Notes: a model not told the origin generated them from the letters alone. A stretch of 64,000 nucleotides of DNA from Octopus sinensis (GCF_006345805.1 NC_043007.1:62868001-62932000); one strand, 5' to 3'. Numbered from the stretch's first letter, positions 12,393-23,359 are shown. Numbers and translations are program-made.

Positions 12393-13149
12393 TATATGCA
12401 CAACTAGGCCTCTCAACTAATTTCCCCAAGATATCCCCTATACACATCATGTGCTTGCTTTTCCACTGATCCTTCTCACCAGCCAGAATTATTTCACTTG
12501 ATGTCCATCCTCCTTTCTTACATTGTTTTCTCCACCAACATTTTATTTTGATCATCCACCCTCACCTTCTGCTAAGCCACCAGACTATCTACTTTTCTAC
12601 CAGAATAAGTCTCTTCTACCCACACTCTGGCAACCTACTCAGATACACATCATCTCCCTTTCTCTCTCATTCTTCCCCTGTGTATCATCTTCACTATTCT
12701 GCTGCTCTTCACTCCCTGCATCCTTGGACAACACCCTCACCTTATCTATTATGCATAACTACCCCACAACATCTGTGTTTCTTCATTCATTATATTCACA
12801 CACACCTCTCCAAATCTCCATCTCTCACTCATGCACTCTTGCAACTTCTGCCCACTCATACTCTTGGTTCCTCTGTCCCCACTTTTATTTGTATCATAGC
12901 ATGAGGGCCCAGCCAGAATGTTCATTACCACTAATTTTTTTTTTCTCTTCACACTTCCACCTCAATCACCACACTCTCTTTTCTAAAAGCTGAGTAACAG
13001 GATTCCTTCATTACTGCAGAAAACCTGTTCTATTTAGTCATAGAAACTTTGCCAAACTAGACAGTAAGCATGATGCAATCCTTGGACCAATAAGATGCTG
13101 TCAAACCGTACTGCACATACAAAATAGAACATGGATGATAAGTGATGTG

Positions 13150-13535
13150 TGAGTGTGAATGGTTTTGGGTTCAGTTCCACTGCATGGCTTCCTGGGCAAG
13201 TGTCTTCCACTGTAACCAAAGCCTTGTGAATGGATATGGTACAGGATGACTGAAAGAACCCCATTCTGTATATATATATTATGTGTGGATGTGTGCTATT
13301 GGCTACTTGCCTTGACTTTGCATGATAGTTGTAAAGCAAGTGTCACTATCATGCAAAGAGTGTCCTTAATCCATCTAGAATCTTCTGTGAAAAGAATGCC
13401 TGGTCATGCACAAAAATGACTTTCAGACATGTGGGTTAGTGACACGAAGGGCATCCAGCCATAGAAAATTTGCTTCAACAGATTCCATCCAACCCATGTA
13501 AATACAGAAAAGTGAACATTAAAATGTTGATGTTA
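13150..13535 (+). mobile_element. SINE family A head/body joined to the RTE-type 3' tail
   Basis: gggttcagttccactgcatggcttcctgggcaagtgtcttcc...gactgaaagaacccc, then gaagggcatccagccatagaaa...catccaacccatg...aacattaaaatgttgatg. Confidence 0.65.
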
Positions 13536-13726
13536 TATATATATATATATATATGAATGTATAATGTGTTATTACACGTGTGTGTGTGTATATATATATA
13601 CACACACACACATATACATACACATGTACTCATACATATATAGATTCAGATGAATATGGTACTTAAGTTAAAGGTACCAGAATTTAGTATGGTATTATCC
13701 ATATAATTCAAAATGGGGTGATTATA

Positions 13727-13872
13727 ATCAAAATAAGCAACAAGGATATCCAGAGGTAATGCAGTACGATCGTTTCATGCAACTCCATTTAATTGAACAA
13801 TGCAAAATTAAATGGATCGCATGAAATGATCATACTGCATTAACTCTGGATATCCTTGTTGCTTATTTTGAT
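13727..13872. repeat. Fold-back inverted repeat (68/67-nt arms, 11-nt loop)
   Basis: 13727-13794 is the reverse complement of 13806-13872, with about 4 substitutions and 1 indel. Confidence 0.92.
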
Positions 13873-14680
13873 GTAACTCAAGATTTCTCAAAAGTAGCTG
13901 TCCCCTCGTATACAATCCTTCTCCACCTGCTACAGTCAATAGCTATGCCCTCTCATATGTTAGGAGAGATGGTAGCACCTCATAAAGAAGCCTTCAGCAA
14001 GTCTTTATACCTCTTTTTTGGTTTAAGTGGACATTCTCCTTTAATTAACTCTCCATAAAAGTGTTGTTTTGGCATCCTTGAATCTTTCATCCTGACCAAA
14101 TGACCACTCCATCAGAGCCTTTGCTTCAACACAAGAGCTTCTACACTTTCACACCAAAAGCTTTCCAATATCTCAAGATCACTGATGCGGTCCTCCCACT
14201 TATTGCCATAGATCTGTCTGAGATGCATCTGATGGAAATGTTGCTGTTGTTTAAGGTGGTATTGATATGTGACCCTTGTCTCGCAGGCATAAAGAGAATA
14301 GAACACATACGTCTTGTACACCTTTATCTTTGTCTTCTCCACGTCTCGCCAACTCCTGAGGCACCTTTCTAGCCTTCCGAAAGCATCACTTGCTTTCCTA
14401 ATTCTGTATGGAATTTTATTATCCGAATTGCTATATCTATTAAAAGAGCTTCCCAGGTAGACAAACTGATCAACTACACCATGTCGTTTACCATACACAT
14501 AGATATTTGGTTCAGTATACTGCTTACCAGGCGCAGATTGGTACATCACAACAGTTTTCTTGAGACTGACTGTCAATCTTAAAGCAGTGCAAGCATCAGA
14601 GAATGCATTCAAAATGTGTTGCATGTCAATCTCTGTTTGCGCTACTAGATCACAATCACCTGCATACAAAAGGTCTCTTA
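13873..14680 (-). mobile_element. BovB-like RTE LINE, RT C-terminal half (inverted segment)
   Basis: The minus strand reads RDLLYAGDCDLVA..LTVSLKKTVVMYQSAPGK..FVYLGS..KASDAFGRL..LYACET..QRL*WSGHLVRM..MPKQHFYGEL..RWRRIVYEGTATFEKS, a typical RTE ORF2. Confidence 0.88.
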
Positions 14681-14890
14681 GGAAGGGCATCCCTGTTGTG
14701 CTTCCAGATAGTATGGGTCTTCCTATGATGCTGACAAGTAGTGTCTGGGCAAGACCCTGCCTCAGTAAAGCTGGACTCAAGAGTCATCTTCATAGACATA
14801 AAGTGAGACCAATGATTGACAACCAGGCTGCTGGTGGTGGTGTTACACACCATACTAATCATATCTGTCAGGCATGTGGAAGGGAGTTTA
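14681..14890 (+). mobile_element. C-terminal zinc-finger part of the same RTE ORF2, in the opposite orientation
   Basis: The plus frame reads ..[39 protein letters not shown], the C2H2-like tail of BovB-type ORF2. It ends in a TA-rich microsatellite. Confidence 0.7.
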
Positions 14891-15225
14891 TATATGTATG
14901 TGTACATATATATATATGTGTGTGTGTGTGTATATATATGTTTATATATATACATACATAAATACACACACACATATATATATATACATAAATACACACA
15001 TATATATATATACATATATAAACATATATATATATATATATACATATATAAACATATATAAACATATATATATATATACATATATAAACATATATATATA
15101 AACATACATATATAAACATATATATATATACATACATATATAAACATATATATATATATATATATATATATGCATATGTATATATATATATATGTGTTTA
15201 TATATGTATATATATGTATTTATTT
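14890..15225. repeat. Compound TA/CA microsatellite
   Basis: (TA)n, (CA)n and TATAAACA-type units; source of several spurious I/Y-rich ORFs. Confidence 0.9.
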
Positions 15226-15329
15226 AACGTGTATTTGGACTTTTAAAACCCTCCCTGTACTGTTAACAATCTGCCCATTATAGTAGTCTATTAATAACAA
15301 GGACAACAGTTAAGCAATAACACTTTAGA

Positions 15330-15929
15330 TTAAAAAAATAAAGATTGCTACTGTACTCAACACGAAAGAAGTTGAAGTAAAATTTGAATGATGATGGTGA
15401 TGAATTTGCTGTGCAGTAGAAATTATGATGATGAAGCTGACGACGGTGCCCTTTCCTGAGACACCTCTTTCACTTTTCCGAAGGCGCAACCATAGTAGTA
15501 GCAGCAGGAACTGGCTCTTTTTTGCAAGGCTGCAAAACCATTGTGATAGGAAGTTGCTGCTGCTGCTTGTTTTTCCGTTCAAAGAGCATCTTGTAGGGAT
15601 TCATGACTTCATCGACCTTGTTGCAAAGTTGCACAGACCAAACCATATCGTCGCCCCATTCTTGTGAGCCCTCTTTCAATTCTTTAGCCAGGTTGCAGAG
15701 CTTGACCAGCCATTCCAAAGTCAAGCCAGTTTGGTCGACAACTTCCGTTTCTTCTTCGCTGTCCGACTTTGTCAAGTCTTTGAGGTCTGCGCAGGTTAGT
15801 GGCTGGGGGTGGCAGTCTAATAACGCGTCTATGTCTCTAGGTGTTCATATATTTATATATATATTTTTTAAATCCGCGAAGTCATAAATCCAAGATATTT
15901 GAACCATGAAGTAGCGAGGGACCACAATG
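15330..15929 (-). mobile_element. Internally deleted pogo/Tigger-type DNA transposon
   Basis: The minus strand reads DIDALLDCHPQPLT..DLTKSDSEEE..GLTLEWL..QQLPITM (Tigger-like transposase C-terminus). It lies ~90 bp from one TIR-like end, TA|CATTGTGGTCCCTCGCTAC (15931-15911). The other TIR was not identified. Confidence 0.72.
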
Positions 15930-15937
15930 TATATGCA

Positions 15938-15975
<38 letters not shown>

Positions 15976-15976
<1 letters not shown>

Positions 15977-17115
15977 TAGGTTGGCAACTAAGTTCCCACT
16001 CTTTTTGTAAATTCAAATTTTTTAAAAGGTTTAATAAAAAAATAACAACTAATTAATCAATAATGTATTCACCTTTGTTGTTTAGATCATCTTCGCAGAT
16101 TTCAACAAGATTTTCTATACTTCATTGGTAGAAATCACCTGATTTCGACTCAAAAAATTGACCCAACCACACTCTCAATTCTACATCAGTATTGAATAAA
16201 ACTCTGCGAATACCATTTCAAAGAGATTGAAAGAGGTGGAAATCCATTGGTGCCAAATCAGGAGAGTACAGCAGGTGTGGCAGCACTCCCAGCCATGCAT
16301 TTGAATGGCTTCCTTGGTCATATTGGCGATATGAGAGCGGGTGTTGTCGTGCAGCAGAACTCCATGTTGATGATTAGGACTTTTCTCTTGTATAGCCATG
16401 TTGAGTCATTCCATCTCTTGAGCATAGAGTTCCGCATTGAACGTTTGGTTGCGTTCAAGCTATTCATAATGGATAACCCTGTCCCAGTCCCCCATACGCA
16501 CACATCATTTTACGTGGATGAAGATCTTGTTTCACGCGCAGTGTCGCTTGTCTACTGGGACTAAGCCATTCCTTAGGCTGCTTCATATTGATGTACAATT
16601 ATCATTTCTTGTCACTAGTAACGATTCGGTAAAGAAATCATTGTTTGTGTCCATGAGTTGAGCAGTGACGAGCAAGCATACCAGCAGAGATTCTGGTTCA
16701 TTGATTTTTGCTGTCGTCACTGAAAGTATGCAGAACACAAGCTCTATGCTTCTGAGCCTTATCCATCAAGTGAAGACGCTTCTCTATAGCAGTGTGGATG
16801 CATTCCATTTTCTCTGCCAGTTCCCTTGTCGTTTGACAAGAATTTTCATGCAAAAGTTGGTTTAAGTGTTCTTTATTGAATTCAACTGCACGGCCAGAAT
16901 AAGGTGCATATTTGAGGTCAAAATTTCCAGTTTTGAACTTGGCATACCAATCACGAGCGGTTCTTTCAGCTATGGCACCCTCTCCATACACAGCACAACT
17001 GTCGTGAGCAGCTTTTGCAGCCTTAGAACCTTGATTAAAAGCAAAAAGAAAGAAGTGTCGAAAAAGCTCGTTTTTCTTAACTTGACATTCCATTTTAATG
17101 ATCTGAAAATATACA
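15976..17115 (-). mobile_element. mariner (DD34D) element, decayed; 5' end replaced by an RTE LINE
   Basis: Terminus TA-ctaggttggcaactaagttccc at 15974-15997. Transposase pieces: MECQVKKNE..AERTARDWYAKFK..SGR, GVLLHDNTRSH..GWE, and a PDLAP-like remnant. Confidence 0.9.
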
Positions 17116-18218
17116 AAAACATCCATTCTCGTCACATGACCATACCAGCGCAAACGTCTCTCTTACACACCACATCTGATGCTTCTTAAGTCCAACTTTT
17201 CTCTCAAGGTACTTACACTCTGTCGAGTATGCACACTGACATTACACATCCATCGGATCATACTGGCTTCATTCGTTGCGAGCTTACACATGTCCTCAGC
17301 AGTCACAGCCCATGTTTCACTGCCATGTAGCGTCATACAGTCTACCTTTTACTCTGAGCGAGAGTACCTTTGTCACCAGCAGAGTTAAGAGCTCTCTGAA
17401 CTTTGCCCAAGCTATTCTTATTCAAGCAGCTACACTTTCAGTGCACCTTCCTCCGCTACTGACTTGGTCACCTAGGTAACGGAACCTATCAACTACTTCT
17501 AGTTTTTCTTCCTGGAATGTGGCGGAAGTTGTTCTCTGCGCATTTTCAGTGTTTATTGCTCCCAAGCATCTGCCACATACAAAAACTATCTTCCCAATTA
17601 GACTTCCTTTGAGATTACTGCACCTCTTATGTGTCCATAGCATACACTGGGTACAGCTTATAGAGTTTCTACCTACGCCTCTATTACAGATTGAGCAGGG
17701 ACATCTACCTGAAGGGATTTGTGGTTTGCCTGCCTTCCTACTTATTAGGACTTTGGTTTTAGCTAGGTTGATTCTTAGGCCCTTCGATTCTAATCCTTGT
17801 TTCCTCACTTGAAACTTCTCCTCTAGTTCTGATAGTGACTCAGCAATTAGAGCAAGGTCATCAGCATAGAGGAACTCCCAGGGGCATCCTGTCTTGAATT
17901 CTTCCATTATTGCCTGGAGGACTATTATAAATAGGAAGGGGCTGAGGACTGAACCTTGGTGGACCCCTACCTCTACCCTGAATTCTTCAGTGTATTTGTT
18001 GCCAACCCTCACCTTACTTACAGCGTCCCAGTACATGGCTTGCACAACTCTCACTAACCATTCATCTATCCCTAGTTTCCTCATTGACCACCAGATAAGG
18101 GATCGGGGGGGGGGGACCCTGTCAAAGCTTTCTCCATGTCAACAAAAGCCAGGTACAGGGGCTTATCTTTGGCTAGGTATTTCTTATCTTTCGCTAGGTA
18201 TTTGCTTATCTTTGGCTA
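17116..18218 (-). mobile_element. RTE-type LINE fragment (RT with embedded PHD finger), 5'-truncated
   Basis: ORF 17422-18084 contains GVHQGSVLSP, LYADD, KTKVL, a C4HC3 motif (17566-17697) and FRYLGD. Confidence 0.92.
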
Positions 18219-18255
18219 CATACATACATATATATATATATATACACACACATAT

Positions 18256-18294
<39 letters not shown>

Positions 18295-18302
18295 CTAACA
18301 CT

Positions 18303-18334
<32 letters not shown>

Positions 18335-18903
18335 CACACACACACATATATACATATATATAAATAGTTGTGTGTATTTTTCCCTTGTTAACAATTAACA
18401 TGGAAAAAATAAATAGTTACCAGAGTAGCAAAAAATCACACAAGTAAAGAGGTTGTAACTCCTTGTTTTTGAAGGTAGAAACTTCAGGTTTACGTAAAAT
18501 TTTTTGTATAATATTTTTCATTATTTTTTCTAAAAATCCCCTAGTAAACACAGTTATAGAGCGTGCATACCGATGTAAACATTGACAAAAACAGACCTTT
18601 AGTTCATATAAGTAATCTCTATCATTATATATAATTTAAACGTTAATTTTCTTTTTATATATAACATTCACTAAAAAATATATATATTTTCCTAGTTTAT
18701 AAGGTTTTATTTAATATATATATATAGTCATATACTTCTCATTTATTCAAGTTTTCCTTAATTTATCCCTCCTCTATCTAGAGGCTACCGCTGACGTTAT
18801 ATCGTATAACATTTTTTCAAACTGTATTAATAGCATTCAGTAAATCACTATACATATCTATCATTTTCTGTTAAAATGTCTTATTGACAAGTTTCATTTC
18901 TTC

Positions 18904-18992
18904 ACTTCCCTGAAGAGAAGATTACATTGTTTTACACCATTTTATTCCTTTGGAATAATATCAGTGATATCTTTGAAACATGTGTCAGAAGT
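18904..18992 (+). ncRNA. Minimal type I hammerhead ribozyme motif, canonical core (probably PLE terminal repeat-derived)
   Basis: CUGAAGA 18910-18916. Stem II GAAGAU (18917-22)/AUCUUU (18969-74). GAAA 18975-78. Stem III ACA/UGU with a 2-nt loop, containing the palindrome ACAUGU. GUC triplet, predicted cut after 18986. Stem I ACUUC/GAAGU with one C.A mismatch at its base. Confidence 0.72.
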
Positions 18993-19052
18993 AAAATAAT
19001 TTGAATAACACCTGCGTTAAACTCCATTTATTTATATACATGCATATATACT

Positions 19053-19100
<48 letters not shown>

Positions 19101-19519
19101 CACACATGCACACATATATGCACACACACACACACACACACACATATAGATAGATATATGCATATATATATATATACACACAAATATATATACATACATA
19201 TATATACACACATAGATACGCATATATAGATAGATATATAAATACATATATAAATATATATACATATATATATATACAAATTGAGATAGGGGTTGTAAAT
19301 GCAACCCTCCATGGGATAACATATATCCAATATACTGCTAATGAAGTACCCAACAGAGTTAATACATAAATGTTAAGAATTGCGATACAATTAATTCATT
19401 TATTGTATTATATGGGCAAAGGTAAAATGTTTTACCACAAATTCATAATACAAAATAAGAAAATGGAGACACATATATATACATATATATATCTATATCC
19501 CTCTGACTGACCACCACCA

Positions 19520-20064
19520 CCATGCTATCTCTCCACTGCACCATTCTCTGAACCTTCCACCGACTCCAGTCCAACCCCTCCACATAACACATCATTCCTA
19601 ACTGACCCCTCCCCACCTACAAGACCTCTTGGTCCATAGCTTCTTCTCTAACCCAGCCTCCCGACCCGGCTCGTTCCATTGCTCCCACCCACACTGCCAC
19701 ACTTGTCCTTACCTCTCAAACACCACCCCTCCTCACCGGCACCCATCATCGACCCTATCATTTCACCAACTCCTCCACCTGCACTTCTACCAATGTCATC
19801 TACTGCATCTCCTACTCTCTCTGCCCTTCTCTATACATTAGGCAAATGGGATGTTGCTAGGCTGACCGGTTTGCGGAACACATCCGACTCAACACAGACA
19901 CCTCGTTCTCGTGCCATTTCAACTCTTTGCAACACCTGTCTGTGTTCAGATTGTCCTTGCACAAGGGCCATTTGGACTCCCGTTTGCGTCCTGAACAGGG
20001 ATTAATCTTCTCTCTTTGCTCCTCTGCGCTACATGGGCTCAACTCTCCTTCCCCCTTCATCTAA
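19520..20064 (+). mobile_element. Penelope-like element, decayed GIY-YIG endonuclease C-terminal region
   Basis: Across frameshifts: DLLVHS..PGSFHCSHPHCHTCPY..TCTSTNVIYCISYSLCPSLYIRQ..ADRFAEH..HFNS..EQGLIFSL..HGLNS..FI*. This matches the PLE IYCI-x-C-x2-C..LYIG(E/Q)T..RF.EH signature. Confidence 0.85.
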
Positions 20065-20448
20065 CCTCCTCCCCTGTCCTCACCTCCTCCCACCCACCTC
20101 TCCTCTCTTGCTCCGACTCCTACTTCACTCCTACCCACCTACTCCCTTCCCTTTCTCCCTTCATCGTCACCCCTCCACAATCCACCCCCACCTTCCCATC
20201 CCACCCCCCACATCCCTTACACCCGCACCTACACCATACACCACCACACCACACAACACCACATCACACCACCACGCACACACTAACACTGACTACTTCC
20301 CAGCCCCACATCAACTACATATACACACAGTCACATGTCAAGGTCACCAGCCCTCTTCCACACGTACATACATGCTCCCTGATACACACACATGCACACC
20401 TTTGTTTTGGGATCGCCACTACTTTATTATTTCCCCTTCTTTCCTATC

Positions 20449-20502
20449 TCTCCTCTATGACCTCTCTGTCCGGCATTGGCCATGAGGCTCGAAATCTAAG
20501 AT
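20449..20502 (+). ncRNA. Decayed hammerhead remnant in the PLE 3' terminal region (not expected to be active)
   Basis: CU-AUGA (G5 missing), CCUC...GAGG-CUC stem II remnant, GAAA 20491-20494, stem III mutated. It lies ~400 nt after the PLE stop, where PLE hammerheads usually occur. Confidence 0.4.
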
Positions 20503-20577
20503 TTTTTTCACTTCCCAAGCGTTAAGCTAATACATCTGTTTGTTGTCTACGTCTTATTTTCATGAAATCTCCCTATA

Positions 20578-20647
20578 TGCATACACACATATACATACAT
20601 AGACACACGTATACATACATACATACATACATACATACATACATACA

Positions 20648-20683
<36 letters not shown>

Positions 20684-20700
20684 TATATACATACATATGT

Positions 20701-20757
<57 letters not shown>
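20578..20757. repeat. (TACA)n and (TA)n microsatellites
   Basis: A long pure TACA run followed by TA runs. Confidence 0.9.
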
Positions 20758-20759
<2 letters not shown>

Positions 20760-20835
20760 GTGGAAAGGAACACACGAGTTGATATATATGAAAAAACAAG
20801 TCAAAAATAGAAAATGCTAAGATAATTTTATAGTG

Positions 20836-20888
20836 AATCTTTCAGTACCGGTTTCGGTCATTTTGAGACCTTTTCAACTGTAACGATT
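20836..20888 (-). ncRNA. Mirror (minus-strand) copy of the U3:A8 hammerhead motif
   Basis: Exact reverse complement of 21490-21542. Confidence 0.75.
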
Positions 20889-21489
20889 AAATAATTAAAT
20901 TTAGAAAAATTAGAAGAAAAGTTTTTTTAAAACTAATCAACCATTACTAATCAGCCCCATCACAGCTATACTTACACCCATTCATATTCTCCCTTCTCTG
21001 TTTTTTTCTTCTTCTTCTTCCTCTTCTTCATCATCATCATTATCATCATCATCGTCGTCATCATCATCACCACCATCTTCTCCTTCTCCTTCTTCATCAT
21101 CATCAACATCGTCATCTTCTTCTTCTTCTACTTCTCCACCTTCCACCCCTTAACCTTGTCACTAATGTCTTTCAGTATAACGCCTACGCAAATTCCATAA
21201 ACAATTCCTGAATTGAACTGCGACTACTGTCAGCCACTGACCTGCGACTACTGTCAGCCACTGACCATTCAAAATACGACCATTAAGGCATTCCCAGATT
21301 TCCCCACCCCCTCTCCACATCAGCCTCCTTATTCTTCACCTATCCTACCAAGAACTCAAAACGACCTCGAACACGCAAGTGCAAAGAAGGGAGTCAGAGA
21401 AAGGCAGAATGCTACTTATATCTGAACACTACTACAGAAATATTCTTTTAAAAAAACTTTTCTTCTAATTTTTCTAAATTTAATTATTT

Positions 21490-21542
21490 AATCGTTACAG
21501 TTGAAAAGGTCTCAAAATGACCGAAACCGGTACTGAAAGATT
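21490..21542 (+). ncRNA. Minimal type I hammerhead ribozyme motif with U3:A8 core variant
   Basis: Core UUGAAAA 21501-07. Stem II GGUC/GACC with a 7-nt loop. GAAA 21523-26. Palindromic stem III ACCGGU 21526-31. GUA triplet, predicted cut after 21532. Stem I AAUC(G)UUACAG/CUGAAAGAUU with one mismatch and one bulge. Confidence 0.78.
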
Positions 21543-21589
21543 CACTATAAAATTATCTTAGCATTTTCTATTTTTGACTTGTTTTTTCA

Positions 21590-21669
21590 TATATATATAT
21601 ATATAATATATACACATATATACATACATGCATATATATGTACATACACATGTGTGTATATATATATAT

Positions 21670-21727
<58 letters not shown>

Positions 21728-21756
21728 TATATATATATATATATATATATACATAC

Positions 21757-21795
<39 letters not shown>

Positions 21796-21840
21796 CATAT
21801 GTATAATATATATATATATATATATAATATATATACATAC

Positions 21841-21877
<37 letters not shown>

Positions 21878-22043
21878 CATATGTATATATATATATATAA
21901 TATATATATATACATACATATGTATATATATATATATATGTATATACATGTACATATGTATGTATACATTTATATAAGTATATATATAAATGTATATATA
22001 CATATATATATATATGTATACTATATATATATATATATATACA
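21590..22043. repeat. ~450-bp compound (TA)n/TACA microsatellite
   Basis: Nearly continuous TA with TACATACATATG interruptions. Confidence 0.92.
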
Positions 22044-22149
22044 CAGAAGGAGATATATTTAGAAGTTTACAAAGAATTTGTGATAAACTGACCTGTTTTA
22101 CCATTTTTTTGTTTTGTGTGACTTAGGGTCAGTGAAGTGAGCTTTGTAA

Positions 22150-23090
22150 ATATGATGCTTTTCCTCTAGTAGTTGCTTGATCTCTGTGCAGTTCTCATCA
22201 AACCAGTCCTTGTGCTTCTTTGTAGCTGGCCCAAGGCATTCATGGCTGTGTTGTAGAACGTCACCCGGAGTGCAGCCCAGGCTTCCTCAATATCCTTGCC
22301 TTGTAGCACAATGGGGTCCAAGCGTTGCTCCAATGTATTGGTAAATAGCTGCTTGACGTTGCTGTCCTTTAGCTTGCTGATGTTCAAGTGTTTTGGTGCT
22401 TTCCTATTTTGTGGTCGCCTCTCAGGCTGAACTCTAAGGTTGAGTTTGGATACAACAAGGCAGTGGTCTGTCCAGCATTCTGCGCCACACATGGTCTTTG
22501 TAACTCGTACGTCTTGCCTGTCCCTCTTCCTTATGATAACATAGTCAATGAGGTACCAGTGCTTTGAGCGGGGATGCATCCATGACGTTCTGTTGTTGGT
22601 GGGGAGGTTAAAGGTGGTGTTGGTGATCAGAAGGCCATGCTCTGCACAGGTCTGGAGGAGTAGCAGACCATTGCTGTTGCAGTTGCCAACTCCATGTTTC
22701 CCAATCACTCATTCCTAGGAGACACTATCACGACCAACTCTCACATTGAAGTCAGCTAGAATGATGAGTTTGTCTGTGCGGGGAGCCGCGGTGATGACAG
22801 AGCTCAAGTCCTTGGTCTCAGTTGGATTCGTCATGGTGGGTGAATAGGCGCTGATAATGGTGGTGTACTTCTGTCCGCGACAAAGGGGGAGTCGCATCGT
22901 CATTAGGCAATCATTCATACCTTTTGGGGGACCAGCCAACTTGCCAGCTAATGTCAGCTTAACTGCAAAGCCAACTCCAGCCTCTCTTCTCTCTTCAGGT
23001 CCACATCCACTCCAAAAGAAAGTGTATCCTGCACCTTTTTCCTGTAGTTTGCCTTTGCCCGGCAGCCTGGTTTCGCTGAGAGCAGCAATG
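22150..23090 (-). mobile_element. BovB-like RTE LINE, AP-endonuclease domain fragment
   Basis: The minus strand reads [81 protein letters not shown]. Confidence 0.9.
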
Positions 23091-23127
23091 TATAGATATG
23101 TTTATATGTGTATATATATATGCGTAT

Positions 23128-23290
23128 GTATATATGTATAGATATATGTATGTATATATGTATAGATATATGTATGTATATATGTATAGATATATGTATG
23201 TATATATGTATAGATATATGTATATATGCATAGATATATGTATGTATATATGCATAGATATATGTATGTATATATGCATAGATATGTATA
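23128..23290. repeat. 24-bp minisatellite derived from a TA microsatellite
   Basis: Unit tatagatatatgtatgtatatatg, ~6 copies; the last copies share a t>c variant (gcatag). Confidence 0.75.
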
Positions 23291-23298
23291 TTTATGTT

Positions 23299-23358
<60 letters not shown>

Positions 23359-23359
23359 C

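Larger units (their letters stand above)
10490..13030 (+). mobile_element. Decayed RTE-type LINE 3' part, split by the Tc1 insertion
   Basis: VVDSFCYLG-like sequence near 10550 and LATKGL..RVK..RL near 10670. The ORF2 C-terminus runs to 11125, and the C/T-rich 3' UTR resumes at 12395 after the Tc1. Confidence 0.7.
20782..21596. repeat. Perfect 151-bp inverted repeat with a 513-bp spacer (likely PLE inverted terminal structure)
   Basis: 20782-20932 equals the reverse complement of 21446-21596 with no mismatch (checked base by base). The spacer holds TCA/TCT trinucleotide runs and a 24-bp tandem duplication (21218-21265). Confidence 0.96.

Noticed and set aside
13647-13690. Hammerhead-like CAGAUGA..UGGUAC/GUACCA..GAAU
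   Set aside because: Both core segments deviate, there are extra bases before stem II, and no convincing stems I/III. At most a fossil.
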